IMG/VR virus record: IMGVR_UViG_3300002143_000074 | Location: 1-59,203 of that record | DNA from: a virus | Lineage: Duplodnaviria > Caudoviricetes | Reading direction: 5' to 3' (one strand) | DNA length: 59,203 nt | Shown here: piece by piece, positions 7,792-17,935 of the stretch | Position numbering within the stretch: position 1 is the first letter of the stretch | Layout: every line of letters starts with the position of its first letter | Translations under genes and position numbers: made by a program | Notes under the pieces: model-generated | Databases searched by the model: none | The model's input: only the letters and a program-made list of their open reading frames with translations | What the model was told of the DNA's origin: nothing

Positions 7792-8628
7792 ATGATTAGT
7801 CTCAAAGAATTACTATCCGAAGTTCCAGTCGATACGTTTCAAACCGTAGGTGACTTTGAAAAGGGTGCATCGTTCCAAGATAAACGGGACCGTGCATTAT
7901 TAACCAACCCTATAACTCCGGTAAAAGTTAGGGATTTCTTCAAAAACACCAGTTCGGATTTCGACTTCTATTTCGTAAATTTAAAAGGTCGTCGTAAATT
8001 TGCAGAAAGAGGTAAAGTTGATGAATCCGTCATCTATGCACCCTATCCAGATGGGTTGGGTATTAAACGTGAAACTTTGGCTGGTGGTGGTATAAATGAA
8101 AACAATATCACCGTATTCTTCGTTGGTAATTCCGCAGCTGAAAAAGTTCCCATGACTTCGTGGACCATTGCACATAGATTCGGTCATGCAATTCGATTTG
8201 AATATGGTTTTAAAGAATATGTCAAATGGTTGGAATCCCAATTCAATGAAATTTTAAAGATGTATAATGTGGGAATAAACCCACGATATGATCGTTATGG
8301 TTATCGTATCGACACTAATGTAGATTCCGCAAAAGCAAAATTATTCAATCAGGTTGGAACCATGAGAAGTGCAAGACAAGGTGGAATTGATAGATATGCA
8401 GAGTTCTACTATGAATTATTTGCACAATATTTGAAAGATGGTAAGGTTACTCTCAATAGATTGAAAAATACCATTAAGACGGGAACTGGACCTTATGGAC
8501 GTGCTGAAACCGCTTATACGAAACAGGTAGAGGTTGTAAATGATATATTGGAGGGTATTGAAAGAGATTTCTACTTCTATGCCGAAGATGCTTTGAATGG
8601 TTGCGTGGGAAATGTTTACATCATGTAA
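7792..8628 (+). CDS. hypothetical protein with MISLKELLSE leader
   Basis: 278-aa ORF; AHRFGHA (HExxH-like without Glu). Confidence 0.75.
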   Translation: MISLKELLSEVPVDTFQTVGDFEKGASFQDKRDRALLTNPITPVKVRDFFKNTSSDFDFYFVNLKGRRKFAERGKVDESVIYAPYPDGLGIKRETLAGGGINENNITVFFVGNSAAEKVPMTSWTIAHRFGHAIRFEYGFKEYVKWLESQFNEILKMYNVGINPRYDRYGYRIDTNVDSAKAKLFNQVGTMRSARQGGIDRYAEFYYELFAQYLKDGKVTLNRLKNTIKTGTGPYGRAETAYTKQVEVVNDILEGIERDFYFYAEDALNGCVGNVYIM

Positions 8629-8634
8629 AAGGTT

Positions 8635-9399
8635 ATGATTAAATTGAGTAAATTACTAATTGAAGCTTTATCCCGATTGAAGAAAATATCGTTGGGAGAA
8701 TCCACCGACTCGAATACGGATGGGGATGAAAATTTTGATGAACATCCTGATTGGTCGCCTGGTAAAATTGTAGTTGGTTATGTTGATGGAAATTTGAACA
8801 TCATAGGAAGTTCCAAACACCCCGGCCATGCTGAATTATACAACGCGGGATTAACAAAAAGAATCAACTACGCGGGGAGAATAGCATGGAGATATAATAT
8901 TCTACATAAAACTTTGTTCATGTGGCAAACGACTTCTACTTCGTAACAACGTGATGCAATAAAAAGTTATTTGTTAAAAATGAACCCATCATATAAAATT
9001 GAAGATATACAGTCTTTGGCTAGTTTTGAACCAAATTCTTATGAGAGTCAAGCAGCTCAATATTTGTCGCATGGTGGATATTCTGGTTATGAACAAAAAC
9101 CCGTTAAACCGGAAAAAACCAGAACATATTCCTATGACCCAAATATGGATGCAATTGCAGAGTCATTGGTTGATATTAAGTGGATTTTAGGATATATTGA
9201 CAATTATGGAAAAGTCCATTATAAGGTTGTCAAGAAACAAGATACGGTGGATAATCACAATGGACTGTGGCCCGGACCAAAACAACGTAAGTGGAGATGG
9301 TTACCTGAAAAACCAAATCATATCAATGCCTATGGTGATGAATTGGATGTAGAGGATCAAGATGTGATATGGAGAATAATAGACCGATATAAAGTATGA
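8635..9399 (+). CDS. hypothetical protein with MIKLSKLLIE leader, in-frame TAA at 8944-8946
   Basis: ORFs 8635..8946 and 8971..9399 share a frame (TSTS*QRDAIKSY); two similar G-Y-(V/I)-D...H..L...WR units. Confidence 0.6.
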
Positions 9400-10202
9400 T
9401 TAAACTCAAAGATATTTTAGAGAGTGTGGGAATTGACGATGGTGAAGTCAAATTTGATTTGATGAATGACCATCCGAACGACCCACTCAAGACATTCATC
9501 AATTCCAAACAGAATAGATTTGAACCAGTCAGTGCATTTCGATTGACAAATGTTTACTATGCGTATCGGTTTACTCCATACACCCAACAAGTTAAAATGT
9601 ATGGTGACAAAAACGCATTAACCAGAGATGAGTGGAATGATAAAATCAATGCAATTAGAACGGATATAAAGGCGTATAAGAACCCCAATACGGTTACGAA
9701 TGTCAATACCATGATTGATACCTCGTTGTTGAGATTTGAGAGAGTTGCTAAATTATCAAGCTTCGATACCATTATCCCACTCAAATCCTCATCGGTGTTG
9801 AACGACGTTATTGCAGAAAAGATAAGCAAGAAAACCAATGCTAAGGTGTTATCAGACATTATCGTAAAAAACACGTTAAAGAACGTTAAGTTGAGTATTC
9901 CAAGTTCCGAAACGAGTGATAAGACGAAAGAATATTTGGCAACAATTGATAAACGATTCGCTAAAATGTCGGATGAGGAATTCAAGAGTAAGATGATAAA
10001 AGCTAGCTTTAGACGATATGTGTCAAACTTCCTAAAGTATAAAAACGACCCGAATTTGGTCAAAGAATATATCGCTGGTAAAAATATTCTAATTATCGAC
10101 GATACGTTGGGTGAAGGTGCAACTCTCGCTGAACTACGTCGGTTAATTATGGAATATAACCCAAAATCTATCACATTCTACGTCTTTTTGAAAGACTATT
10201 AA
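9396..10202 (+). CDS. type I phosphoribosyltransferase-domain protein
   Basis: PRPP-binding loop ILIIDDTLGEGATL; MIKLKDILE leader. Confidence 0.8.
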   Translation: MIKLKDILESVGIDDGEVKFDLMNDHPNDPLKTFINSKQNRFEPVSAFRLTNVYYAYRFTPYTQQVKMYGDKNALTRDEWNDKINAIRTDIKAYKNPNTVTNVNTMIDTSLLRFERVAKLSSFDTIIPLKSSSVLNDVIAEKISKKTNAKVLSDIIVKNTLKNVKLSIPSSETSDKTKEYLATIDKRFAKMSDEEFKSKMIKASFRRYVSNFLKYKNDPNLVKEYIAGKNILIIDDTLGEGATLAELRRLIMEYNPKSITFYVFLKDY

Positions 10203-10205
10203 ACC

Positions 10206-10604
10206 ATGATTAAATTAAAAGACCTTATACAAGAAGGGTGGATTGATGAGGTATCCACGACCACTCGTAGTTTTCGTCAAATTCATCAAGATGAAGATCC
10301 TTCTGGACAAAGACACGATTTGAGATTAACATGTGTCGAATGTGGAACTACCTCGACATGTAGATGTAGGAAACCAAAGAGAGAATTTAAGGGTTTATGT
10401 GATACGTGTGCTAAGGTCGATGAAAATAACGATTTTCTGGCCAAATTTGGAGTCGGTCCAAAATACAAAGCTCCCGAACCAGTAAAACGTAAATGTCCTA
10501 AATGTAATAAAGAAAATGCGGTTGTGAGAGAAAGTCATGCCGATACTGACATGAATGAAATGGTATTGGAATGTCCTGACTGTGGTTGTGAGGTAAGTTT
10601 ATGA
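10206..10604 (+). CDS. Cys-rich zinc-ribbon protein with MIKLKDLIQE leader
   Basis: CVEC, CRC, CDTC, CPKC, CPDC. Confidence 0.7.
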   Translation: MIKLKDLIQEGWIDEVSTTTRSFRQIHQDEDPSGQRHDLRLTCVECGTTSTCRCRKPKREFKGLCDTCAKVDENNDFLAKFGVGPKYKAPEPVKRKCPKCNKENAVVRESHADTDMNEMVLECPDCGCEVSL

Positions 10605-12052
10605 TTAAGATGAAAGATTTAGTTATGGAAGGTGCGAAGGAAAATGCTGCGTTAGATTACTTGAGTCAGTTGGTCCAAAGTGGACCATTCAAAAACCGAG
10701 TATATCTGGCGGGTGGTGCCGTGCGTGATATGGAATTGGGTAAAGACCCAAAAGACCTAGATGTAGTGGTAACGGGTGGTATTGACGCAGGCATGGAGTT
10801 TGCGAAGTGGGCAACGCAACATATGGGGAATTTCAAGGATGGTAGTAATCCTGTCTTATTTCCGACGTATGGAACGGCTAAATTTACATTATCTGGTATC
10901 ACGCACAAGGATATTGATTTGAGTGACGTCGATATTGAGGCGGTTGCAACTCGTAAGGAGAAATACACGGCTGGTAGTCGTAAACCAGAGGTTAGTGCTG
11001 GTGACTTGGAAGATGATGTAAATCGTCGTGATTTCACTGTCAACAGTTTGTTGAAAGATTTGACGACGGGTGAAATCTTGGATTTGACTGGTAAAGGTAA
11101 AGAGGACATTAAACGTGGTGTGGTTCAAACACCACTGAATCCTGATGTCATCTTCTCCGAAGACCCACTGCGTATTTTGAGAGCGGCACGATTTGCGGTC
11201 AAGTATAATTGGGATTTACCAATGTTCATGATTCGGGCAATGAAACGAAATGCACCTCAGTTAAAGAATATCAGTTTTGAACGTATCCGTGATGAATTGG
11301 ATAAGATGTTATTGACGACTTCCCCACACCGTGCAATCAAGTTGTTGAAGGTGACGGGTGTTCTTGATTATGTCATTCCAGAGTTCAAGGATGCGTATAA
11401 AATGACGCAGAACAAGTATCATACTGCGACGGTATTCAATCATACGTTGGACGTGTTATCCAACACACAATCGAATAGTTTGATTTCTCGTATTGGTGCA
11501 TTATTGCACGATATTGGTAAGACGGCTACACGAACGGTGGTAGATAACGAAGTTCATTTCTATGCACACGAAATGGTTGGTGCAAAAATGGCTGAGAAGA
11601 TTCTTACCCGTTTGAAGTATCCACGGGAAATCATTGATGCGGTTGTTTTGGGTGTTCGTAACCACATGCGTTTGAAACAGTCGGGTGAAGAAGGAGAGAA
11701 AATTTCCGACAAAGCCCTACGTAAAATTACGGTGGAATTACAACCTCATTTACATGACATTTTGAGTATTATCCAAGCTGATAACTTGGCTCATGCTCCG
11801 GGTCATCAAATGCCAAATCAAATTCCGAATATCATCAAACGTATTGAACAGTTGATGAATACCATTCCTGTTAAGGGTCAGAAATTACCTGTCACGGGTG
11901 AGGACTTGAAGGCCATGGGAATTCCTACTGGACCATTATACAAAGAGTTGTTGGACTTGGTGAGAGACAAGAGATTGGAAACACCAAACGCAACAAAAGA
12001 AGAGTATTTAGAGTTGATTAAGAACTACCTGTCAACGAAGAATCCTCAATAA
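10601..12052 (+). CDS. cca: CCA-adding tRNA nucleotidyltransferase with HD domain
   Basis: GGAVRD, DLD, RRDFTVN, EDPLRILRAARF, ERIRDEL, LLHDIGK. Confidence 0.9.
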   Translation: MIKMKDLVMEGAKENAALDYLSQLVQSGPFKNRVYLAGGAVRDMELGKDPKDLDVVVTGGIDAGMEFAKWATQHMGNFKDGSNPVLFPTYGTAKFTLSGITHKDIDLSDVDIEAVATRKEKYTAGSRKPEVSAGDLEDDVNRRDFTVNSLLKDLTTGEILDLTGKGKEDIKRGVVQTPLNPDVIFSEDPLRILRAARFAVKYNWDLPMFMIRAMKRNAPQLKNISFERIRDELDKMLLTTSPHRAIKLLKVTGVLDYVIPEFKDAYKMTQNKYHTATVFNHTLDVLSNTQSNSLISRIGALLHDIGKTATRTVVDNEVHFYAHEMVGAKMAEKILTRLKYPREIIDAVVLGVRNHMRLKQSGEEGEKISDKALRKITVELQPHLHDILSIIQADNLAHAPGHQMPNQIPNIIKRIEQLMNTIPVKGQKLPVTGEDLKAMGIPTGPLYKELLDLVRDKRLETPNATKEEYLELIKNYLSTKNPQ

Positions 12053-12117
12053 TAGTCTATTTAAAAAGGCTGAAAAGCCATTTAATAAACTCGACTATTT
12101 GAACTAAAATAAACACA

Positions 12118-12158
12118 ATCGCCATAATGAAGAACGTAACTGTTGTCATTATGGCGAT
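12118..12158. terminator. hairpin between convergent genes
   Basis: ATCGCCATAATGA / TCATTATGGCGAT 13-bp perfect stem. Confidence 0.6.
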
Positions 12159-12190
12159 AAACGTGCAGTAAAGAAATATCAGTAAATAAA

Positions 12191-12391
12191 TCATGGGGAT
12201 ACGATTTCAATTTTGGATTTCTTCTTTTCGATAAATGCTTCATCCATGAGATATTGGACTAATCTATCGGATGTGGATTTGAAGTCGTAAAATGGAATAT
12301 TTTCGTCGTTAAAGATTCTGACCTTACCTTCGTAAATATGAATCTTCACACCCATTAGTGTAATTTCCTCGTAGTTATCAGTTTTCTTCAT
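12191..12391 (-). CDS. hypothetical protein
   Basis: 66-aa ORF, only candidate in the interval. Confidence 0.6.
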   Translation of the reverse strand: MKKTDNYEEITLMGVKIHIYEGKVRIFNDENIPFYDFKSTSDRLVQYLMDEAFIEKKKSKIEIVSP

Positions 12392-12478
12392 ACTTCAAAT
12401 GTATATACAGGAGAGGTGAGATAGTCAAGGTTATTATGACTCTCTATTTGATAAATAGAAACAGTTAAACCAAATGTA

Positions 12479-12506
12479 TTGACTTTGTGAAAAAAACTTC
12501 TATGAT
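12479..12506 (+). promoter_or_regulatory. sigma70-type promoter, probably leaderless transcript
   Basis: TTGACT, 16 nt, TATGAT, 6 nt before ATG 12513. Confidence 0.65.
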
Positions 12507-12512
12507 ACAGAA

Positions 12513-12851
12513 ATGATTTACACGATTACTCGTTTATGTCCAATTGTTAGATGGTATCTCAATGAAGAGGAAGATAGATTCTTCAAGAGGGAAAGATATG
12601 AACACGACTGCGTTGGTTACTTTAATTACTTCTCGGATGCGATAGAATTTGTAGAGAGTGACGCTGGTAGAGAATTGGTGGAGTGTCTTTATGACTATTT
12701 GGTGATTGAAAGTTGTTTAGAAGGAATTCAACGTTATTCACCATCTGACTACAATCAATGGTGGTATAAATACAACGATGTATCTAAAAAGTGGGAGTAT
12801 GTCGAGGAAACTCCCAAACAATTTTATGGAACGGTTGGATTTGCGATGTGA
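12513..12851 (+). CDS. hypothetical protein
   Basis: 112-aa ORF directly after a promoter. Confidence 0.7.
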   Translation: MIYTITRLCPIVRWYLNEEEDRFFKRERYEHDCVGYFNYFSDAIEFVESDAGRELVECLYDYLVIESCLEGIQRYSPSDYNQWWYKYNDVSKKWEYVEETPKQFYGTVGFAM

Positions 12852-12907
12852 GATAAGGCAACCATATCAGTTTTGAAAAAGAATACAATCAATGGATACA
12901 GTCTGAA

Positions 12908-13483
12908 ATGTATGACCGTATAAAACAGATTTATAAGAAAAATAAATATGCACATTATCATACATTTAAACACATTGAAAACTGCCTTCATTTGTTAGAG
13001 ACTCATCCAAAGTTAAAACAACTCGACAGTCCATTAATGCGTTGGGCCATCATATTCCACGACCATGTATATGACCCAAGAGACAGTGATAACGAAATTA
13101 AGAGTGCAATGATGTCCCGAATAAATTTGGAATTTTACTTTCGTGATAATCTGGAAATTCGAGAAATGGCGAAGTATCTTGCTAGGTTAATCAGAGTGAC
13201 GGATCATAAAAAAAGTGAATTCGCATTGGATGACAACATGAAAGCTTTGTTGGATATTGATTTATCCATATTGGGGTCTGAACCAAGGAAATATCTGACA
13301 TACAGTAAACAGATTCGGAAAGAGTATGCACACGTTCCCCACAATGCGTATAATGAGGGACGTATCGCAGTTTTAAAATCATTTTTGAATCGTGAAAGAA
13401 TTTATCATTTCCTTCTTGAATTAGAGGGACCAGCTAGAAAGAATATACAAAATGAAATCGTGCGTTTATCCGGGCAGTTTTGA
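12908..13483 (+). CDS. HD-superfamily metal-dependent phosphohydrolase
   Basis: HYHTFKHI, IFHDHVY, NEIKSA, LDIDLSILG, IRKEY. Confidence 0.85.
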   Translation: MYDRIKQIYKKNKYAHYHTFKHIENCLHLLETHPKLKQLDSPLMRWAIIFHDHVYDPRDSDNEIKSAMMSRINLEFYFRDNLEIREMAKYLARLIRVTDHKKSEFALDDNMKALLDIDLSILGSEPRKYLTYSKQIRKEYAHVPHNAYNEGRIAVLKSFLNRERIYHFLLELEGPARKNIQNEIVRLSGQF

Positions 13484-14585
13484 CCCATTTACTTTGGGAC
13501 ACCTTGACGTAGTTGAGAGGGCCGCGTCATTGTTTGACAAAGTTTATGTTTTAATTGGTGTAAATATCGGTAAGAATTACACCTTTACGTTGGAAGAACG
13601 AATTGCGTTAATTCGTCACAATGTCAAACACCTACCCAACGTCAGTGTTCAATCATTCACAGGTTTATTGGTTGACACAGCCTATGAATTGGGTGCTAAA
13701 GCGGTTATTAAGGGAGTTCGTAATCTACAAGATTTCGACTATGAAAGACTTCTCCACGAAGTCGGCGCGACTCAACAACGAGGCATCGAAACTTTCACTA
13801 TCTTCTCAAGAAATGAGTTATCACATGTCAGTTCATCCGCAGCCAAGGAGATTTGTAAGAATTATGGTTTGTTGGACACATACGTTCCTCTGAATGTCAA
13901 ACAGTCGATGGAATTGAAGTTTATGAAAAAGAGGATTGTTGGATTAACTGGTAGTATTGGTATGGGTAAGTCCTACATTATGGACCAATTAAAGAATCGT
14001 CAATACCGACACAGTTACTTGAATATTCATCATATTGATTTGGATAAAGTTGCACATGACATTCTTCACACTCGTACAGAAGAGGTTTACATACAGTTGC
14101 GACAGGACATTATTGATGTATTTGATTTGGGTGAAACCAGAGTCATTAATAGAAAGAAATTGGGTGATTTGGTTTTCAATGACCCGGACGCATTAAATAC
14201 CCTGAATGCAATGATGCGTATTCCTATTCTGACACGTATTCGTAAAGAAATGGCGTTAGAGGACAACAAACATAAATCTACGGTGATATTGGATGGAGCA
14301 ATTATCGCAGAAGCCAATTTGTTGACGATTGTAAATAATAACGTAATTGTGGTGGATGCCCCTCTAAGTCAACAATTGGAAAGACTCAAAAGACGTGGAT
14401 TAGATGACACTCAGATTCAAACGAGATTGAAATCTCAACTGAATACCAAGTGCAAGATTGAATTGATTGAACGTTCAATTGCTAAACACAATTATGGTAA
14501 ATTATTCTACCATTTGAATGATTCCAATGAAACGGACACCACACAGTCTTTTGCAAATTTGGGTAGTTTCGTTAGCTATAATTAA
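13452..14585 (+). CDS. coaD-coaE: fused phosphopantetheine adenylyltransferase / dephospho-CoA kinase
   Basis: YPGSFDPFTLGH, KGVR..DFDYE, VSSS (CoaD), then GLTGSIGMGKS, DLDKVAH, INRKKLGDLVF, RLKSQ (CoaE). Confidence 0.9.
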   Translation: MKSCVYPGSFDPFTLGHLDVVERAASLFDKVYVLIGVNIGKNYTFTLEERIALIRHNVKHLPNVSVQSFTGLLVDTAYELGAKAVIKGVRNLQDFDYERLLHEVGATQQRGIETFTIFSRNELSHVSSSAAKEICKNYGLLDTYVPLNVKQSMELKFMKKRIVGLTGSIGMGKSYIMDQLKNRQYRHSYLNIHHIDLDKVAHDILHTRTEEVYIQLRQDIIDVFDLGETRVINRKKLGDLVFNDPDALNTLNAMMRIPILTRIRKEMALEDNKHKSTVILDGAIIAEANLLTIVNNNVIVVDAPLSQQLERLKRRGLDDTQIQTRLKSQLNTKCKIELIERSIAKHNYGKLFYHLNDSNETDTTQSFANLGSFVSYN

Positions 14586-14588
14586 TGT

Positions 14589-15188
14589 ATGAGAACTGTA
14601 AATGGTAACAAGACGTTTATTGCGGAAATCAAGACTCAATCACCATTTGGGTATAAATCGACGCATAATTTCAATCAATTAATGGATGTCGCATTGGAGT
14701 GTGGTGACTGGATTAGTGTCCATACTTGCGCCATGTGGGGTGGAGACTATCAGACTCTTTCATACGTCCGAAAATACACCGACAAACCCATTGTGGCCAA
14801 GGGAATACACGGAACAGATGATGATATTGCACGAGCGTTTGACCATGGTGCTAATTATGTTTTGGTGGTCAATAGATATTCTTACAAATATTTGTCAAAT
14901 TTCGATGTAAGTGATAAAATCCTCAATGAATTGACCACTTTTGAGAGTTTACAAAACTTTAATATATCTGGTTCTTTTTTTGATTATCGTAACAATAATT
15001 ACGTCTGGAATAGTCGTGATTTGAGAACTGGAAACGTACAGGAATGTCGAATTAAAGAACTTAAAGACTTACAGTTGAAAACCGTCGTTCAAGCCTCCAA
15101 TATCAAGTCTATCGACGACGTTCATGCAAACGCAGATGCGTTTATTGTGGGAACCCACTTGGTCGATTTTTGCGAAACATTAAAATAA
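14589..15188 (+). CDS. indole-3-glycerol-phosphate synthase (TrpC)-like TIM-barrel protein, divergent
   Basis: FIAEIKTQSP, ISVHT, PIVAK, N.RDL, AS.I, DAFIVGT align with TrpC motifs; N-terminal extension missing. Confidence 0.65.
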   Translation: MRTVNGNKTFIAEIKTQSPFGYKSTHNFNQLMDVALECGDWISVHTCAMWGGDYQTLSYVRKYTDKPIVAKGIHGTDDDIARAFDHGANYVLVVNRYSYKYLSNFDVSDKILNELTTFESLQNFNISGSFFDYRNNNYVWNSRDLRTGNVQECRIKELKDLQLKTVVQASNIKSIDDVHANADAFIVGTHLVDFCETLK

Positions 15189-15191
15189 CCA

Positions 15192-15219
15192 TTGACTTTG
15201 TTTAATCTGTTAGTAGAGT
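15192..15219 (+). promoter_or_regulatory. sigma70-type promoter
   Basis: TTGACT, 16 nt, TAGAGT, 7 nt before ATG 15227. Confidence 0.6.
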
Positions 15220-15570
15220 GTTTCCTATGAAGATTGTTCGTTTTTTTAAAACTATATTTTTGGATTTTGGGTGGCATCTTTGGTCACTCATTAAAACTGG
15301 ATACTACTATTAAATCTCATGAGAGTTGTTTTGAAAAAAGCCAGAGAGTTTGATAAGATTTCCTATGAGAAATATGCGGAATTCACCCTGAAAGGAATTA
15401 CTTGGGGACCGACAATTGGTGAAAAGTTCACCATTTTATCAACCAAAGGTAAAGAACACTTTGAGGATAGAGATTACTTTGATTACGACGTTAGAGACAC
15501 TAAACGGTGAAAACATATTTTCAATAAAACATGACTTTCTATGTTGTAATACATTTGTTAAACGATAATT

Positions 15571-16353
15571 ATGAATTCAACTATTCACGCGAAAATTTCG
15601 GTTAAGAATTATGGTGGGTCTATCGAAGACTACAATCATCTACATGATTGGATGGATTGTAGCAAAGAAGTCGAGTCGTCAAACAAACACCGATTTCTGA
15701 CTCACACCATGTTCTTCATCAAACGTGTGATGGTTCCTATCTACGGTTTCACAATCACGAATAGTGATGGTAAGTCGGTCAATCTCAAGGATTTACTTGA
15801 ACAAGACCACGTTCTCGCTGATTACCGGGGTAAGTTTATTCCTACTCTCATGGACTTCGCATGTGAAATTGAAAAAGACAATAATGACGAAACCATTTTG
15901 AATCATTATCACGACGATAATGCACATTTCTACAAAGACAATCCCGATGTCGAGGAAACCATGATGTTACCATATCACCTATCAGGTGATTACCGTGCAT
16001 TATTTGCAACGCATAACAGTTGGTTTGTCGGTTACATCCTTCCCAAAGTATTCAAAAATATGAAGGGTAAATTGGAGTGTAATATCTCACCATCGCACTT
16101 TTTCAACAAGATGGCCTACAAACCGTGGATGCAAAATGGTCAGGGAGTTCCACCAAGTTTTGAGATGATGGAGAAAACCAAAAAGACGCGAGTTCTCGAA
16201 GAACTTGCACCAAAATCAGTTAAACCTGAAAATGTGGTTATTGATGGTTCACGACAATTTGTGGTTCGGGAGTTGTTACAACCTGTAACGGATGATTTTG
16301 CTAAAAAACCAGTTGAACCAGAAATACCCTATTTTCCACGTAGATTGGATTGA
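15571..16353 (+). CDS. DUF6915-like protein (two His-rich units)
   Basis: HA..S...GG..EDY...HDWMD.SK....HR..TH pattern, partly repeated (YRALFATHN). Confidence 0.6.
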   Translation: MNSTIHAKISVKNYGGSIEDYNHLHDWMDCSKEVESSNKHRFLTHTMFFIKRVMVPIYGFTITNSDGKSVNLKDLLEQDHVLADYRGKFIPTLMDFACEIEKDNNDETILNHYHDDNAHFYKDNPDVEETMMLPYHLSGDYRALFATHNSWFVGYILPKVFKNMKGKLECNISPSHFFNKMAYKPWMQNGQGVPPSFEMMEKTKKTRVLEELAPKSVKPENVVIDGSRQFVVRELLQPVTDDFAKKPVEPEIPYFPRRLD

Positions 16354-16357
16354 TTTT

Positions 16358-16717
16358 ATGGACAAATATAGAAAACTTACTAAAGAAGAACTTCGTGTTT
16401 ACGGATTTGGTTCCAAAGACACGTCATCAGACAATGTATATCGTGATTTTGCACGAAAATACTATCCAAAAGAAGCTGCGTTGGTTGAAATTGTTATTCA
16501 TAGTGAATACATCGCCATCCGCGAGAACAGTATTACTTATGTTGCGGTATATGACAAAAATGGTGATGAGTTACTTCCATTGAAAGAAAGTCGTGTCGAG
16601 GCTCGTAGAGCAATGACGGCTTTACCACTCACGTCATACCGCACAAATGATGGTTTGGATTCATTGTTTATCCGAATGGAAAAAACGTTGCCAGACTTTT
16701 ACATTAAAGAGAGTTAA
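16358..16717 (+). CDS. hypothetical protein
   Basis: ATG 16358 within track ORF 16292..16717. Confidence 0.65.
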   Translation: MDKYRKLTKEELRVYGFGSKDTSSDNVYRDFARKYYPKEAALVEIVIHSEYIAIRENSITYVAVYDKNGDELLPLKESRVEARRAMTALPLTSYRTNDGLDSLFIRMEKTLPDFYIKES

Positions 16718-16726
16718 TCTAGTTGG

Positions 16727-16754
16727 TTGACTTTCAATAAAACTGATTTAGGAT
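16727..16754 (+). promoter_or_regulatory. sigma70-type promoter
   Basis: TTGACT, 16 nt, TAGGAT upstream of the DNA ligase. Confidence 0.6.
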
Positions 16755-16774
16755 AGAAGTTGAATAGTTTCAAT

Positions 16775-17935
16775 ATGAAAAAAACTTACGATAATCTCTA
16801 CACTCTTGACACCACTGGTAAAACCCGTATTTGGCATATGGTCCAGAACGGTAATAAATACCGAACGATTTCGGGTGTGAAAGACGGCCAGCTCGTAGAA
16901 TCTGATTGGACCGAGTGTGACGGAAAGAATCTTGGTAAGACGAACGAAACGTCTGGTGCGGACCAAGCAACCAAGGAAATTGAGGCCAAGTACAAAAAGC
17001 AACTCAAGACTGGTTATCACAAAAAAGAGAGTGATATTTCCGAAGGAACGACTTATTTTAAACCAATGTTGGCTAAGCATTTGGACGATTATATTGAAAA
17101 GATTGACTTCAAAAAGGGTGTTCTTGTCCAGAACAAATACAACGGTGTCCGGTGCGTAGCTCGGTTGGAAGATGGTGAAGTTGTGCTTCGTAGTCGTAAA
17201 GGTGAGTTGTGGATTAGTGTTCCCCACATCAACCGAGATTTGGAGTCGTTTTTTAACGAATACCCAAGTGCTATTTTGGATGGTGAATTGTATAATTATG
17301 ACCTACGATTCAAATTGAATGAATTGGTCAAGCTGGTCCGTAAAACTAAATCGTCCAGTATCACACCTGACATTCTCAAACAGAGTGAAGAGATGGTGCG
17401 ATTCTATGTTTACGATGGTTATGACAATTCGTGGGACCAATATAGTTCGGAGACGTTTTACACCATTCGTAAAACTTGGATTGATAGTATTGTTCCTAAA
17501 TACTCCAAATACTATCGTAAGGTAAAGAGTGATTTGGTTCATTCTATGGCCGCAGTGGATAAAATTTATGAATCCTATTTGGCCGATGGGGAAGAGGGTG
17601 CGATTATTCGTTTGGCCGATTCTCCATATGAACATAAACGTAGTAAATATCTTCTCAAGTATAAACCAGAAGATGACGCGGAGTGTGTTATCATCAAATT
17701 GATTGAGGGAACGGGTAATTGGTCAGGCACGGCCAAGACGGCCACAATTACATGGAATGGAGAAACCTTCGATGCGACGTTCAAAGGAACGTATGAACAA
17801 GGTGTGGAACGCCTAAACAATCCTAAAGATTGGGAAGGTAAGACGGTTACTTTTCTTTATACCGGATTAACGGGTAAGGGCGTGCCTAACTATGCTCGAA
17901 TTGACCCGGATAATTGTTTTAAAGGGGACCGATAA
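16775..17935 (+). CDS. lig: ATP-dependent DNA ligase
   Basis: PMLA, motif I KYNGVR, LDGELY, YVYD, EGAIIR, LLKYK and OB-fold tail. Confidence 0.92.
   Translation: MKKTYDNLYTLDTTGKTRIWHMVQNGNKYRTISGVKDGQLVESDWTECDGKNLGKTNETSGADQATKEIEAKYKKQLKTGYHKKESDISEGTTYFKPMLAKHLDDYIEKIDFKKGVLVQNKYNGVRCVARLEDGEVVLRSRKGELWISVPHINRDLESFFNEYPSAILDGELYNYDLRFKLNELVKLVRKTKSSSITPDILKQSEEMVRFYVYDGYDNSWDQYSSETFYTIRKTWIDSIVPKYSKYYRKVKSDLVHSMAAVDKIYESYLADGEEGAIIRLADSPYEHKRSKYLLKYKPEDDAECVIIKLIEGTGNWSGTAKTATITWNGETFDATFKGTYEQGVERLNNPKDWEGKTVTFLYTGLTGKGVPNYARIDPDNCFKGDR

Noticed and set aside
9557-11128. Antisense ORFs such as 9557..10174 and 10666..11109
   Set aside because: Shadow ORFs opposite well-supported genes
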